64,000 nt of DNA from Dehalococcoidia bacterium (GCA_030740155.1 JASLXV010000054.1:32001-96000), one strand, 5' to 3'; positions 53,381 to 63,201 are shown, counted from the first letter of the stretch. The notes: generated by a model from the sequence alone, not told the origin. Numbers and translations are program-made.

Positions 53381-53433
53381 AATAACTCCTGAATGGAGTG
53401 TGGGACAAGATTCTCTCGGCGGGGGTAAGTGAA

Positions 53434-54336
53434 ATGACTTTCAAGGCCAAACCATTACGATCGGAGCTGTTCGTTCCCGGCAACAAGGAAGACTGGATGC
53501 GCAAGGCGCCCCGGTACGGGGCCGACGCCTTGATCCTGGACCTTGAGGACTCGGTGCCGCCCGTTGAGAAAGCCGGAGCGCGGGTCCTGGTCCGTAAAAT
53601 GCTGGAGGAGCTGGGCCCCACCGGCCAGACCCTTATCGTCCGCGTGAACCGGCTGGAGACCGGCCTCACCGGCGATGACCTGGAGGCGATTACCTGCCCC
53701 TACCTCTACGCCATCATGCTACCCAAAGTCGAGGGGCCGGCGGATGTGGTCGAAGCGGACATCCTGCTGAAACTCTTCGAGCGCCGGGCCGGCATGGAGG
53801 TGGGCCAGGTACTGATCGACCCGGGACTGGAATCGGCCGAGGGAATGAGGCTGGCTTACGAAGTCGCGACCTCTTCAGCCCGGGTGGCTCACATGGGCGC
53901 CGCCGGCGGCAAGGGCGGCGATCCGGCCCGGTCCATCGGCTTCCAATGGACCCCCGAGGGCATGGAAACCCTCTTCTTCCGCTCCAAGGTGTTGCTTGAT
54001 TCCAGGGCCGCGGGGATTCCCTACCCCGTCACCGGCGGCTGGATGGACCTCCATAACCTGGACGGCCTCAGAGAGGCCGCCGAGCAGGCCCGGAGGCTGG
54101 GATATACAGGGATGCACCTGATTCACCCATCCCACGTGCCGGTGGTCAATAAAGTGTTCACCCCCAATCAGGACGAGATCGCCCAATGGCAGGGGGTGAT
54201 CGCGGCCATGGAGGAAGGGCGAAAACGGGGAGACGCCGCCGTGCCTTTCCAGGGAGACATGATCGACATAGCCCACGAGGAGACCGCCAAGATCATGCTG
54301 GCGAGGGCCCGGGAGTTGGGCGTCCTCAACTCCTGA
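53434..54336 (+). CDS. CitE/HpcH family CoA-ester lyase
   Basis: RSELFVPG, DALILDLEDSV, VRVN, LPKVE and IHPS motifs. Confidence 0.93.
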   Translation: MTFKAKPLRSELFVPGNKEDWMRKAPRYGADALILDLEDSVPPVEKAGARVLVRKMLEELGPTGQTLIVRVNRLETGLTGDDLEAITCPYLYAIMLPKVEGPADVVEADILLKLFERRAGMEVGQVLIDPGLESAEGMRLAYEVATSSARVAHMGAAGGKGGDPARSIGFQWTPEGMETLFFRSKVLLDSRAAGIPYPVTGGWMDLHNLDGLREAAEQARRLGYTGMHLIHPSHVPVVNKVFTPNQDEIAQWQGVIAAMEEGRKRGDAAVPFQGDMIDIAHEETAKIMLARARELGVLNS

Positions 54337-54419
54337 GGAGGCCAGCCAGCTACCGGCCAAGACACGACTCAGATGACCTCACATGGGCGAACCTTACGAC
54401 GAGCAAGCAACCCTCAAGT

Positions 54420-54450
54420 CCCCCTTTGGTAAAGGGGGATTAGGGGGATT
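54420..54450. repeat. CCCCCTTT-GGT-AAAGGGGG-ATTAGGGGGATT palindromic repeat
   Basis: 8-bp hairpin with G-rich tail, intergenic. Confidence 0.7.
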
Positions 54451-54533
54451 TCACGTGAACCCCGCCACCCATAAATGCCCCCGATCAAGGTCAGACATCA
54501 ATGAAACGATCAGCCAGTTAGTAGTGAGAAGCG

Positions 54534-55271
54534 ATGTCAAAGGGATTTGACCGGTTCGTTCCCCTTCAAGGTTGCGTCAACTTCAGGGACCTTGGCGGCT
54601 ACCCCACCCGGAACGGACGGACCGTCAAATGGCGCAGATTATTCCGCAGCGACGGTATTCACCATATGACCCCGGAAGACGCCCGGTACGTTCAGCAAAC
54701 CCTCGGCGTGGCCACCATTGTCGATCTGCGCAACACCGATGAAGCTCAAAGAGACGGACGGGGGCCCATGGCCGAAGCCCCGGTTGAGTTCTATAGCGTG
54801 CCTTTCCTCAAAGAGAGAGGGAATGATCCACCCAATCCTTCCGAGGACCCGGTGGTCCGGCTGGGCGGCATCTACCAGTGGATATTCCAAAACGCGGGCG
54901 GCCTGATAGCCGAGACGCTGATTAAGCTGGCCGCGGACGGGAGCCTGCCGGCCGTGTTCCATTGCACCGCCGGGAAGGACCGGACCGGCATTCTCGCCGC
55001 CCTGATCCTCGGTATCTTGGGCGTGGACGATGAAGAGATAATGGGGGATTATCTCCTTACCAACCAGCGGCTGGACCAACTCTTCGAGCGGCTGCGGACT
55101 ATACCGGGAAGCGAAGACCGCCCGCGGGAGTCGTTCGCGGCGCCGGCCAAGGTACTGGAGCAATTTCTGAAGGATCTGCGCGGCAACTACGGTGACGCGA
55201 CGAGCTACGCTCGGGCCCACGGCGTTACCCAGGCTACCATCGCCGGGTTAAGGGCCTCCCTGCTGGAGTGA
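54534..55271 (+). CDS. Tyrosine-protein phosphatase (Y_phosphatase3/IphP-like)
   Basis: NFRDLGGY, FRS, HCTAGKDRTG and DYLLTN motifs. Confidence 0.94.
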   Translation: MSKGFDRFVPLQGCVNFRDLGGYPTRNGRTVKWRRLFRSDGIHHMTPEDARYVQQTLGVATIVDLRNTDEAQRDGRGPMAEAPVEFYSVPFLKERGNDPPNPSEDPVVRLGGIYQWIFQNAGGLIAETLIKLAADGSLPAVFHCTAGKDRTGILAALILGILGVDDEEIMGDYLLTNQRLDQLFERLRTIPGSEDRPRESFAAPAKVLEQFLKDLRGNYGDATSYARAHGVTQATIAGLRASLLE

Positions 55272-55374
55272 CGGTGAAGTAGATCCGGCATCACTTCGAA
55301 TAGCCAATCGTTGACCGTTCTCTGACCCGTGCCACGGAATGATTTTGAATTCGATTTCCTGCGGGAGGCGCGCC

Positions 55375-56100
55375 ATGGCCACCTACGTGCTGATTCACGG
55401 CGCAGGCCATGGGGGCTGGTGCTGGGACAAGGTCGTCCCCCTGTTGCGAGCCGCGGGGCATAACGTGGAAGCTCCGGACCTGCCGGGCCACGGCGAAGAC
55501 AAGACGCCAATCTCGCGAGTAACCCTCCAGGCCTACACCGACCGGGTCTGCCGGGTCCTGGATGCCCAGCCCGAGCCGGTGGTGCTGGTGGGCCACAGCA
55601 TGGGCGGTATCGTAATAACCCAGGCCGCCGAATCCCGGCCGGAAAAGGTCGGAACGCTGGTGTATCTGACCGCGGTCCTAGCTCCCTCCGGCGTCTCGAT
55701 CCTTCAAACCCTCGAAGGGGATGGCGCGACGTTGGAGGATGCGATGGCCCGAAGGACCATGATTCTCTCGGCCGACCGAAGCTACGTCACCTTCGAGGAA
55801 GGTACGCTCGCCGGCAGGTTCTACAACGACTGTTCCGAGGCGGACGTGGCGCGGGCCAGGTCCCTTCTGGTGCCCCAGGCTTTGGCTCCCTTACAGACAC
55901 CCATCAGGACCACCGAAAAGAACTTTGGCCGGATCCCCAGGGTGTACATCGAGTGCCTGCTCGACAAAGCGGTTCCCCCAGAAATGCAGAAGGGAATGTA
56001 CACCGCCTTGCCGTGCCGGAAGGTCATCTCCATGCATACCGGCCACTCGCCATTCTTCTCCGCCCCGGAGGATCTGGCCAAGAACCTGGTTTCGTTGTAG
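55375..56100 (+). CDS. Alpha/beta hydrolase (SABP2/methylesterase-like)
   Basis: VLIHGAGHGGWCW, DLPGHG, GHSMGG and GHSPF motifs. ATG 55375 follows GGGAGG. Confidence 0.93.
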   Translation: MATYVLIHGAGHGGWCWDKVVPLLRAAGHNVEAPDLPGHGEDKTPISRVTLQAYTDRVCRVLDAQPEPVVLVGHSMGGIVITQAAESRPEKVGTLVYLTAVLAPSGVSILQTLEGDGATLEDAMARRTMILSADRSYVTFEEGTLAGRFYNDCSEADVARARSLLVPQALAPLQTPIRTTEKNFGRIPRVYIECLLDKAVPPEMQKGMYTALPCRKVISMHTGHSPFFSAPEDLAKNLVSL

Positions 56101-56317
56101 CCGGCATGAGGTTAGCCCTCCTGGGGCCGCGCCATGGCCCCGTTGAAACACGGCTGGCATATCCATCCCGGCCCCCCCAGCAATCGTAGCGCAGCAGTAG
56201 CCTCGGCCGGGTGTACAATACTTTGGCGCATGGAGCGCCGGCGGTCTCTGAGCCACATTCTCTGAAGAGCGGACCCCGGACTTGGACGCCAATCGTTTCG
56301 ACAGCCAGGTGACAAGA

Positions 56318-57562
56318 ATGACCTACGCCTTGCTTGAAGGCCTGCGCGTGCTGGAGCTGGGGCAGTTTCTCTCCGCCCCATACTGTGGCAAGCTTCTGGC
56401 CGACATGGGAGCGGAGGTCACCAAGATCGAACCGCCCGGCGCCGGCGACCACGCCCGCCAGTACGGCCCTTTCCTCGGCGACGACCCCCACCGGGAACGC
56501 AGCGGCTTATTCCTGTACCTCAACGCCAACAAGCGAGGCGTCACCCTGGACCTGGGCACACCCACCGGCCAGGGAATCCTCCGGGAGTTGGTGTCGCGCT
56601 CCGACGTTCTGGTCCACAATCTTCATCCGCTGGAGATGGACCGGTTGCACCTCGACTACGAGGCGGTCAGCCGGGCCAACCCCAGCCTGGTAATGGCATC
56701 TATCACCCCCTTCGGGGTAACCGGTCCGTGGCGGAACTACACGGCATACGACATCAACCTGGCCGCCGCGGGAGGCGTCTGCGAGGGTCTCGGGGAGGCC
56801 GTCCGGGAACCACTGACCTTCGGCACTCCCCAAGTGGGCTACTTCGCCGGCCTTGCCGCCGCCTCAGCTATCGTAATGGCCCTTTTGGCTGTCACCCCCG
56901 TCCCCTCTCCCTCAGGGAGAGGGGTGGCCGAAGGCCGGGGTGAGGGTCAGCACATCGACATCGCCGAGGTGGAGACGCTGGCCGGAATCTACAACGGCCC
57001 CGAGGCGCTGATGGCCGTGTACCAATGGCGCATGACCCGGCGCACCGGGCACCATGCCCTCGACTTCCCATACCCCAACTGCCTCCTGCGCTGCAAGGAT
57101 GGATACATCTTCGTCGGCGCTCCCGAGGGCCGTCAGTGGGGCAAGCTCTTGGAGCTGATGGGAAACCCCGAGTGGTCCAAAGAACCCCGCTTCAGAAACC
57201 GGACCGACATGAACAACCTCTACGCCGACGAGGTCGACGGCTACATGGAAGCCTGGCTCATGGACCACACCAAGGCGGAGCTTCTGGAGCTGGCCCTGGA
57301 GCACCGGGTCCCCCTGGCGCCGGTGCGCGGCTTTGACGAGGTGCGCCACGACGAGAGCCTGGCCGGCCTGTTCGTGGACATCGACCGGACTGACACCGGC
57401 CCGCTGCCCTACCCCGGCCCGCCCTATGTTCTGAGCGACGCCGCCGAGGACGCTCCCTCACCCGCTCCCTTCCTGGGCCAGCATAACCAAGAGATCTATT
57501 GCGATGTTCTGGGTTTTTCCGGCGAGCAGCTGGTGAAGCTGTACCAGACCGGTATCATATAG
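56318..57562 (+). CDS. CaiB/BaiF CoA-transferase subunit lacking the catalytic Asp (BbsE-like)
   Basis: LADMGAEVTKIEPP, YLNANKR and SITPFG motifs; PQVGYFAG where an Asp is expected. Confidence 0.88.
   Translation: MTYALLEGLRVLELGQFLSAPYCGKLLADMGAEVTKIEPPGAGDHARQYGPFLGDDPHRERSGLFLYLNANKRGVTLDLGTPTGQGILRELVSRSDVLVHNLHPLEMDRLHLDYEAVSRANPSLVMASITPFGVTGPWRNYTAYDINLAAAGGVCEGLGEAVREPLTFGTPQVGYFAGLAAASAIVMALLAVTPVPSPSGRGVAEGRGEGQHIDIAEVETLAGIYNGPEALMAVYQWRMTRRTGHHALDFPYPNCLLRCKDGYIFVGAPEGRQWGKLLELMGNPEWSKEPRFRNRTDMNNLYADEVDGYMEAWLMDHTKAELLELALEHRVPLAPVRGFDEVRHDESLAGLFVDIDRTDTGPLPYPGPPYVLSDAAEDAPSPAPFLGQHNQEIYCDVLGFSGEQLVKLYQTGII
56902..56946 (+). repeat. REP-like palindrome in frame within the CoA-transferase CDS
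   Basis: CCCCTCTCCC-TCA-GGGAGAGGGG-TGGCCGAAGGCCGGGGTGAGGG; same family as 7541 and 20347. Confidence 0.8.
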
Positions 57563-57665
57563 TGGGCTCCGTCGGGCGACGCCCCCCACATCCGTATCAG
57601 GGAGGTTGAAGGAAGAAGCAACAGCCGGAGAATCCTAACTAAGCTCGTCACGCGCGGAGGATACT

Positions 57666-58256
57666 ATGTCGATGGACGCTCCTTATCCTGTCACGGTCGA
57701 AGGCGTGTTGGACCCCGGCCTCAGCCGGTGGCTTTGGCTGTTCAAGTTGATCCTGATCATTCCCCATATCTTCGTGCTGGCCTTTTTGTGGGTGGCTCTC
57801 GTTATCGTCACCGCGGTCGCTTTTTTCGGCATTCTGTTCACCGGCCGGTACCCGAGGGGCATCTTCGACTTCAACGTCGGAGTCCTACGATGGACCTGGC
57901 GAGTGAGCTACTACTCTTTCGGCGCCCTGGGGAGCGACCGTTACCCGCCTTTTAGCCTCAAGCCGGCGGATTATCCGGCCACGCTGGAGGTGGAATATCC
58001 GGAGCAGCTATCCCGCGGCCTGGTGCTGGTCAAATGGTGGCTCCTGGCTATCCCCCACTACCTGATACTGAGCGTCGTTCAAGACGGCCTCAATGGCCTT
58101 CTGGTGTTTTTCGCGGCGGTGGGTCTCCTTTTCACCGGCCGGTACCCCAAGGACATATTCGAGCTGGTCATCGGCATCAACCGGTGGACCTTGAGGGTTA
58201 TGGCATACGCTCTCCTCATGCGAGACGAGTACCCGCCCTTTCGCTTGGGTCCGTAG
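57666..58256 (+). CDS. DUF4389 membrane protein
   Basis: Two repeats of LSR.L.L.K..L.IPH...ILFTGRYP...YPPF. Confidence 0.9.
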   Translation: MSMDAPYPVTVEGVLDPGLSRWLWLFKLILIIPHIFVLAFLWVALVIVTAVAFFGILFTGRYPRGIFDFNVGVLRWTWRVSYYSFGALGSDRYPPFSLKPADYPATLEVEYPEQLSRGLVLVKWWLLAIPHYLILSVVQDGLNGLLVFFAAVGLLFTGRYPKDIFELVIGINRWTLRVMAYALLMRDEYPPFRLGP

Positions 58257-58351
58257 GCCCCGTCGCTTAATTTGCCACCCGCAGGTCAGATGTCTTTGGT
58301 CACTGCCATCAAGGGCCAGCTACCGGCTGATAGCCGAAACCTAACGGAGGG

Positions 58352-59596
58352 ATGAGTCTTTTGGGCGCCGACGAGCATTCAAAACCCAACGGCCCGCTCC
58401 ACGGATACCGGGTCCTGGACTTCGGCTGGGTCCTGGCCGGGGCCATCCCCGGCATGGTGCTGGCCGATATGGGCGCCGAGGTCATCAAGGTGGAAAGCCG
58501 TCAGCGCTTGGACTACATGCGCTTGGGCCGTCCCATCATCGGCACCAAGCCGGACCCGGAGCAGCACCCCATGTTCCACAACGTCAACCGGAGCAAGCTC
58601 GGCATTACCCTCAACACCGGCCACCCGGAGGCGGTGGAGCTGGCCCGCCGGCTGGCCGGGCACTGCGACGTGGTCATCGAGAATTTCTCGCCCGAAGTCA
58701 TGCACCGGTTGGGGCTGGGCTACGAGACCCTGCGCCAAATCAAGCCGGACATTATCATGGCCTCCATTTCCTCCAACGGGCAGACCGGCCCCCTGCGGGA
58801 CCTGCGGGCCTACGCCCCATCCGTGGGGGCGCTGGCCGGACTCGACAGCACCATAGGCTACGAGGGAGAACGTCTCCTGGGCATGAAGCACGCCTACGCC
58901 GATATCTGCGGGGCCCTGCACGCCATTTTTGCAATCACCGCCGCCCTGTACCGGCGAAGGCGTAACGGCAAGGGCCAGTACATCGACGTCTCCATGCTTC
59001 GGGCAACGGCCGCGACCATGGGGGCCGGCCTCATGGAGTACGTAATGACCGGCCGGGTAATGCGGCCCAAAGGCAACCACGACCCGGTGATGGCCCCCTA
59101 CGGCAACTACCCCTGCCAGGGGGACGACCGGTGGGTCTCCATCGCCGTGCGAACCGAAGACGAGTGGCAGGGCTTGAAGCGGGCCATGGGTGAGCCCGGC
59201 TGGACGGACAAGCCCTTCTTCTCGAGCCGCTACGCGCGATTAGAGCACCGCCGGGAGCTGGACCAGCATTTGTCGGCCTGGACGATGCTCCGGCCGGCGG
59301 AGGAAAACATGGAGCTACTCCAAGCCCACGGCGTGGCCGCCATCCCGGTCATGGGCGCTGAAGAGCGGCTGTTCAACGCCCACTTCCGGGACCGGGAACT
59401 GTATCAGGACATCGACCATCCAGCGTTGGGGACCGAGCCCATTTTCAACCTGATGTGGAAGCTCAGCCGAACTCCTCCAGCCATCCAGCGGCACGCCCCT
59501 CTCATGGGAGAGCACAACCATCAGGTCTTCGGCGGAATCCTGGGCCTGCCCGACGCCGAAATCCAGCGATTGGAAGAGGCTCAAGTCCTCTGGTAA
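58352..59596 (+). CDS. CaiB/BaiF CoA-transferase with catalytic Asp (BbsF-like)
   Basis: LADMGAEVIKVES, NRSK, ENFSP, GQTGP and YADI motifs. Confidence 0.92.
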   Translation: MSLLGADEHSKPNGPLHGYRVLDFGWVLAGAIPGMVLADMGAEVIKVESRQRLDYMRLGRPIIGTKPDPEQHPMFHNVNRSKLGITLNTGHPEAVELARRLAGHCDVVIENFSPEVMHRLGLGYETLRQIKPDIIMASISSNGQTGPLRDLRAYAPSVGALAGLDSTIGYEGERLLGMKHAYADICGALHAIFAITAALYRRRRNGKGQYIDVSMLRATAATMGAGLMEYVMTGRVMRPKGNHDPVMAPYGNYPCQGDDRWVSIAVRTEDEWQGLKRAMGEPGWTDKPFFSSRYARLEHRRELDQHLSAWTMLRPAEENMELLQAHGVAAIPVMGAEERLFNAHFRDRELYQDIDHPALGTEPIFNLMWKLSRTPPAIQRHAPLMGEHNHQVFGGILGLPDAEIQRLEEAQVLW

Positions 59597-59666
59597 AGTG
59601 GGATATCAGCGGTCCGCCTCCCACGGGTGAAGGCTGATAGCTATAAATGCTTCCTAGGGAGACACG

Positions 59667-60899
59667 ATGACTCAACAAGACGAACGCTCCAAGGTGGTAG
59701 AAACCCTTCCCGAGGTGGATGGCATCTCCGAGGAGGCCGTCGCCAACGCCAAGGCGATGATCGGGATGCGGCTGCGCACCGAGCAGTTCACCCGAGACGC
59801 ATCCCTGGGCGCGCTGCTCAACTTCGTCAACGGAATCGGCGACGCCAACCCGCTGTTTCGGGATCAGGAATACGCGGCAAACACCAAGTACGGCTCGGTC
59901 ATCGGCCATCCGTGCGCTCCCTACATGCGCCACTGGTCCGGCCGGACCCGGTGGGGACTGCCCGGCATCCACGGCTTTTTCGCCGGCAACGACTGGGAGT
60001 TCTTCCGGGTGATGCGCCCGGGCGACGCCGTCAATTGCGTGGAGCGGGTGCTGGACGTGCAGGAGAAGGAGAGCCGCTACTCCGCCAAGTTGGTCATCCA
60101 GTATGTCGAGACCATCTACAGCAACCAGCGGGACGAACTGGTGGCCCGGGTGGTCGGATGGTGCACCCGCCACCAGCGAAAGGCATCCCGGGAGCGGGGC
60201 AAATACGCCAACATTCCCAAGCGTCACCAGTACACCGAAGCGGAGTTGGAGGCCATCGACGAGCAGGTGTTGAAAGAGGACTACCGAGGCAGCCGGCCCA
60301 GGTACTGGGAGGACACCAAGATCGGCGAAGAGCTTGATCCCGTCGTTCGAGGCCCGCTGTCGCTGCAGGACGTCAGCGCCTTCCTGGTGGGCACCGGCCG
60401 CTCCAGCGCCCACGGCGTACTGCTGCGGGAGGCGCTTCGCCACCCCGGCCATTTCTTCCGCAACCCGGAAGCCGGGGGTGGTCTGGAATACACCGGCATC
60501 GGGCATATGCGAGACTCGGTGGCCGAGGCCGTGGGCGTACCCGGAGCTTACGATTACGGCCCCCAGCGGGTCTCCTGGATGGGCACCCTCCTGACCAACT
60601 GGATGGGCGACGACGCCTTTCTGAAACGGCTGCGGATAGAGACCCGCCGCTTCAACGTCTACGGGGACACCCAGTGGTGCAAGGGCAAGGTGGTCCGGAA
60701 GTACGTCCACGACGGCGCCCCTCTGGTCGACCTGGAGATCTGGGCCGAGAACCAGCGGGGAGAGTTGACCGCGCCGGGGCACGCCACCGTGATGCTACCT
60801 TCCCGGGACCCAAAACTGCCCTGGTTCACCGACGGCAGCGGCCTCAAGCTCCGGGAAGTGCCCAGGGACGAGAACACTCCGCCCATCCTGCCGGCGTGA
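59667..60899 (+). CDS. MaoC/FAS1-like double hot-dog dehydratase
   Basis: GIGDANPLF, RYWED..IGEEL, H....A...G.PGAYD.G and WMGDDA motifs. Confidence 0.88.
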   Translation: MTQQDERSKVVETLPEVDGISEEAVANAKAMIGMRLRTEQFTRDASLGALLNFVNGIGDANPLFRDQEYAANTKYGSVIGHPCAPYMRHWSGRTRWGLPGIHGFFAGNDWEFFRVMRPGDAVNCVERVLDVQEKESRYSAKLVIQYVETIYSNQRDELVARVVGWCTRHQRKASRERGKYANIPKRHQYTEAELEAIDEQVLKEDYRGSRPRYWEDTKIGEELDPVVRGPLSLQDVSAFLVGTGRSSAHGVLLREALRHPGHFFRNPEAGGGLEYTGIGHMRDSVAEAVGVPGAYDYGPQRVSWMGTLLTNWMGDDAFLKRLRIETRRFNVYGDTQWCKGKVVRKYVHDGAPLVDLEIWAENQRGELTAPGHATVMLPSRDPKLPWFTDGSGLKLREVPRDENTPPILPA

Positions 60900-61156
60900 C
60901 ACGCCGCAGCAGATTTCTTCTCCGGCTGTCGCGGGGTGCAACGCGCAATGTCCGGTTCTCCGACCTGACTGACTTGGTGCAAAGCTTCGGGTTTGAGTTG
61001 GCTCGCATCAGCGGCAGCCACCATATATTCAAACATCCCCATATTGCCGAGCTGATCAACATCCAGGAGGTCGCCGGCCAAGCGAAACCCTATCAAATTC
61101 GACAATTCCTTCGGCTAGTCGAGCGACACAATCTGCGAATGGAGGACCGAGAATGA
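60896..61156 (+). CDS. hicA: HicA family toxin
   Basis: RFSDL..L...GF...R..GSHHIF and AKPYQIRQ motifs. The GTG start overlaps the upstream TGA. Confidence 0.88.
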   Translation: MTRRSRFLLRLSRGATRNVRFSDLTDLVQSFGFELARISGSHHIFKHPHIAELINIQEVAGQAKPYQIRQFLRLVERHNLRMEDRE

Positions 61157-61374
61157 ACCACTACCACATCAACATCTTCCACAGTGAGGAGGATGGCGGG
61201 TACATTGCCGACATTCCAGACCTCGAGTCATGCTCCGCTTTCGGAGATACGCCGGAGAAAGCTCTAGCCGAGCTGAATCACGCCAAGACAGCCTGGTTGG
61301 AGGCGGCACACGCCGAAGGAAAACCCATTCCACCCCCTCGCTATAGACCAGTCATTTACCAGGCGTCCCCCTAG
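61153..61374 (+). CDS. hicB: HicB family antitoxin
   Basis: EDGGYIADIPDL..CSAFGDTPE.AL and IPPP motifs; ATGA overlap with hicA. Confidence 0.9.
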   Translation: MNHYHINIFHSEEDGGYIADIPDLESCSAFGDTPEKALAELNHAKTAWLEAAHAEGKPIPPPRYRPVIYQASP

Positions 61375-61451
61375 TCCGCCATCGAGTCACTCAGTCACTG
61401 ATCACCTGAACAAGCGCCGGAGACCTTCGAACACCTCAGGGGAGAAAAATC

Positions 61452-61658
61452 ATGGCGATCAGCGCCTACAAATGCCCCAAGTGCGCCAATACTGAATACG
61501 AAACAAGCGAGTTCCGGGCCACCGGAGGCTTCCTGTCCAAGGTGCTAGACATACAGAACCGCAAGTTCACCACGGTAACCTGCACCCGGTGCAGCTATAC
61601 CGAGATGTACAGGGCGGACAGCAGCAAGCTGGGAAATATATTTGATATGTTTACGTAG
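61452..61658 (+). CDS. Zinc-ribbon domain protein (DUF2082-like)
   Basis: CPKC...TGG..SK..DIQN.KF....C..C.YTE.Y pattern. Confidence 0.88.
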   Translation: MAISAYKCPKCANTEYETSEFRATGGFLSKVLDIQNRKFTTVTCTRCSYTEMYRADSSKLGNIFDMFT

Positions 61659-61958
61659 CGCGCCCCGCTGCCCGCTCGTCTTCTTTGGGTTGGGCAAAGG
61701 AACATCGGCGGGCGGTGACTCCCCCCTGGCGTTCTTCCACAACTCCGGCCCGGGTGGACCGCCCCGGAAGAAGGAAAGGTCATCTGGCAGCCTCCCTGCT
61801 AATGCTCAAAAAGATAGCCAGGGGAGTGCGAGAGGCCTCGCCCCTCGCGTCTTCGTTAGTGGGGAGGGGCTGAAAATTATCCGGGTTTGGCAACCGGTGC
61901 ACCAACGCCGGCAATTATGTATTATAGGTCTGCCCGAAGTTAGAATTGGGGGGGAATT

Positions 61959-62618
61959 ATGGCCAACAAGAAAGGCAAAGGGCTGTTGATGGTTTTTGTC
62001 GACGTACCCGCCGACAAGGAGGATGACTTCAACCGCTGGTACAACGAAGAGCACATCCCCGAGCTGCTGACCATTCCCGGCGTGCTGAACGCCGCCCGCT
62101 ACGAGGCGGTCAAGAGCGGCCCGAAGCACCTGGCCTGCTACGAGCTGGAGAGCCCCGCCGTGGTGGATAGCGACGCCTGGACGAAACGGCCGAAATCTGA
62201 TTGGGCCTTGCGGGTCGGACCCCAGGTGATCGGCTCCAATTTCCTCAACCCCGTCTTCGAGATTATCCGTCCGGCGACGCTGAGCCCCGAAGCCGCCCAG
62301 AGCGACATGGCGCCCGCCCTTCAGATCGGCCGGATGGACATCTCGCCGGAGCACGAGGACGAGTGGAACCAGTGGTACAACAACGTCTACACGACCAACT
62401 ACGAGAAGGTGCCGGGGTGCATCCGGGCCCGGCGGTTGAAGGGAGTGAAGGGCCTTACCGGGTACGGCGTCATCTACGAGTTCGTGAACGAGAATGTATC
62501 CGAGCAGCCGGAGTGGCTCAAACAGCGGGACATAAACCCCGACAACGCCCGGATGCGTTCCCTCATGCGGCACGCCCCTCTGTCTCCCGGCGTCTGGAAG
62601 AAGACTTTCCAGCTCTAG
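61959..62618 (+). CDS. Tandem EthD/DUF4286-like barrel protein
   Basis: Two repeats: EDDFNRWYNEEHIP..L..PG and EDEWNQWYN......VPG. Confidence 0.82.
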   Translation: MANKKGKGLLMVFVDVPADKEDDFNRWYNEEHIPELLTIPGVLNAARYEAVKSGPKHLACYELESPAVVDSDAWTKRPKSDWALRVGPQVIGSNFLNPVFEIIRPATLSPEAAQSDMAPALQIGRMDISPEHEDEWNQWYNNVYTTNYEKVPGCIRARRLKGVKGLTGYGVIYEFVNENVSEQPEWLKQRDINPDNARMRSLMRHAPLSPGVWKKTFQL

Positions 62619-62743
62619 CCATTTGACCGGAGGCCACCGCCAGCGCCGGGGGAGCGCTGGCGGCGGAGTTGGTCGAGGGGCCGTTCCACGGGTGCCGGAT
62701 CGTTGCGTCCCGGCGGTCAACTGGAATAAGCTTAGTTCAATGC

Positions 62744-62772
62744 CAAACAAAGGGCCAAACAAAGGGCCAAAC
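62744..62772 (+). repeat. Short tandem repeat, 12-mer CAAACAAAGGGC x2.4
   Basis: Direct reading. Confidence 0.8.
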
Positions 62773-62808
62773 GAAGCGTCTCACGCCTCCGTTCCCCGCT
62801 GAGCTGCC

Positions 62809-63201
62809 ATGGAAGACAACCAGGGCCGGCAAAGCCCGGCTGGAGGCGGCGCACAACGACACGACCACCGTGCCGCCAGCCGGCGTGGCCTGACTACCGC
62901 CCTGGCACTAACCGGCGGGTACCTGCTGGTGGAGATAATTGGCGGGCTGATCGCCAACTCCGAAACCAACGCGGTGCACGCGTTCATCAGGCGGGCGAGA
63001 GATCGGGAGCTGGAGTTCGAGCAGCTGGAAGACGACCTGATGGACCGCCAGACCGGCAGCACCTGGGACGTGGCCTGCGGGATCGCCGTCGACGGGCCCT
63101 TGCGAGGGGAGGTCCTGCAAAGGGTGCCCTACATCACTGCCTTTGACTGGGCCTGGGAAGACTTCTATCCCCACTCGGAATTCTACCGGCGGAGCGGATG
63201 A
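62809..63201 (+). pseudogene. Chimeric ORF: CDF (CzcD) transporter N-terminus fused in frame to a DUF3179-like C-terminus
   Basis: RGLTTALALTGGYLLVEIIGGLIANS is followed by ...LMDRQTGSTWDV..G.AVDGPLRG..L......AF..AW..FYP. Confidence 0.7.
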
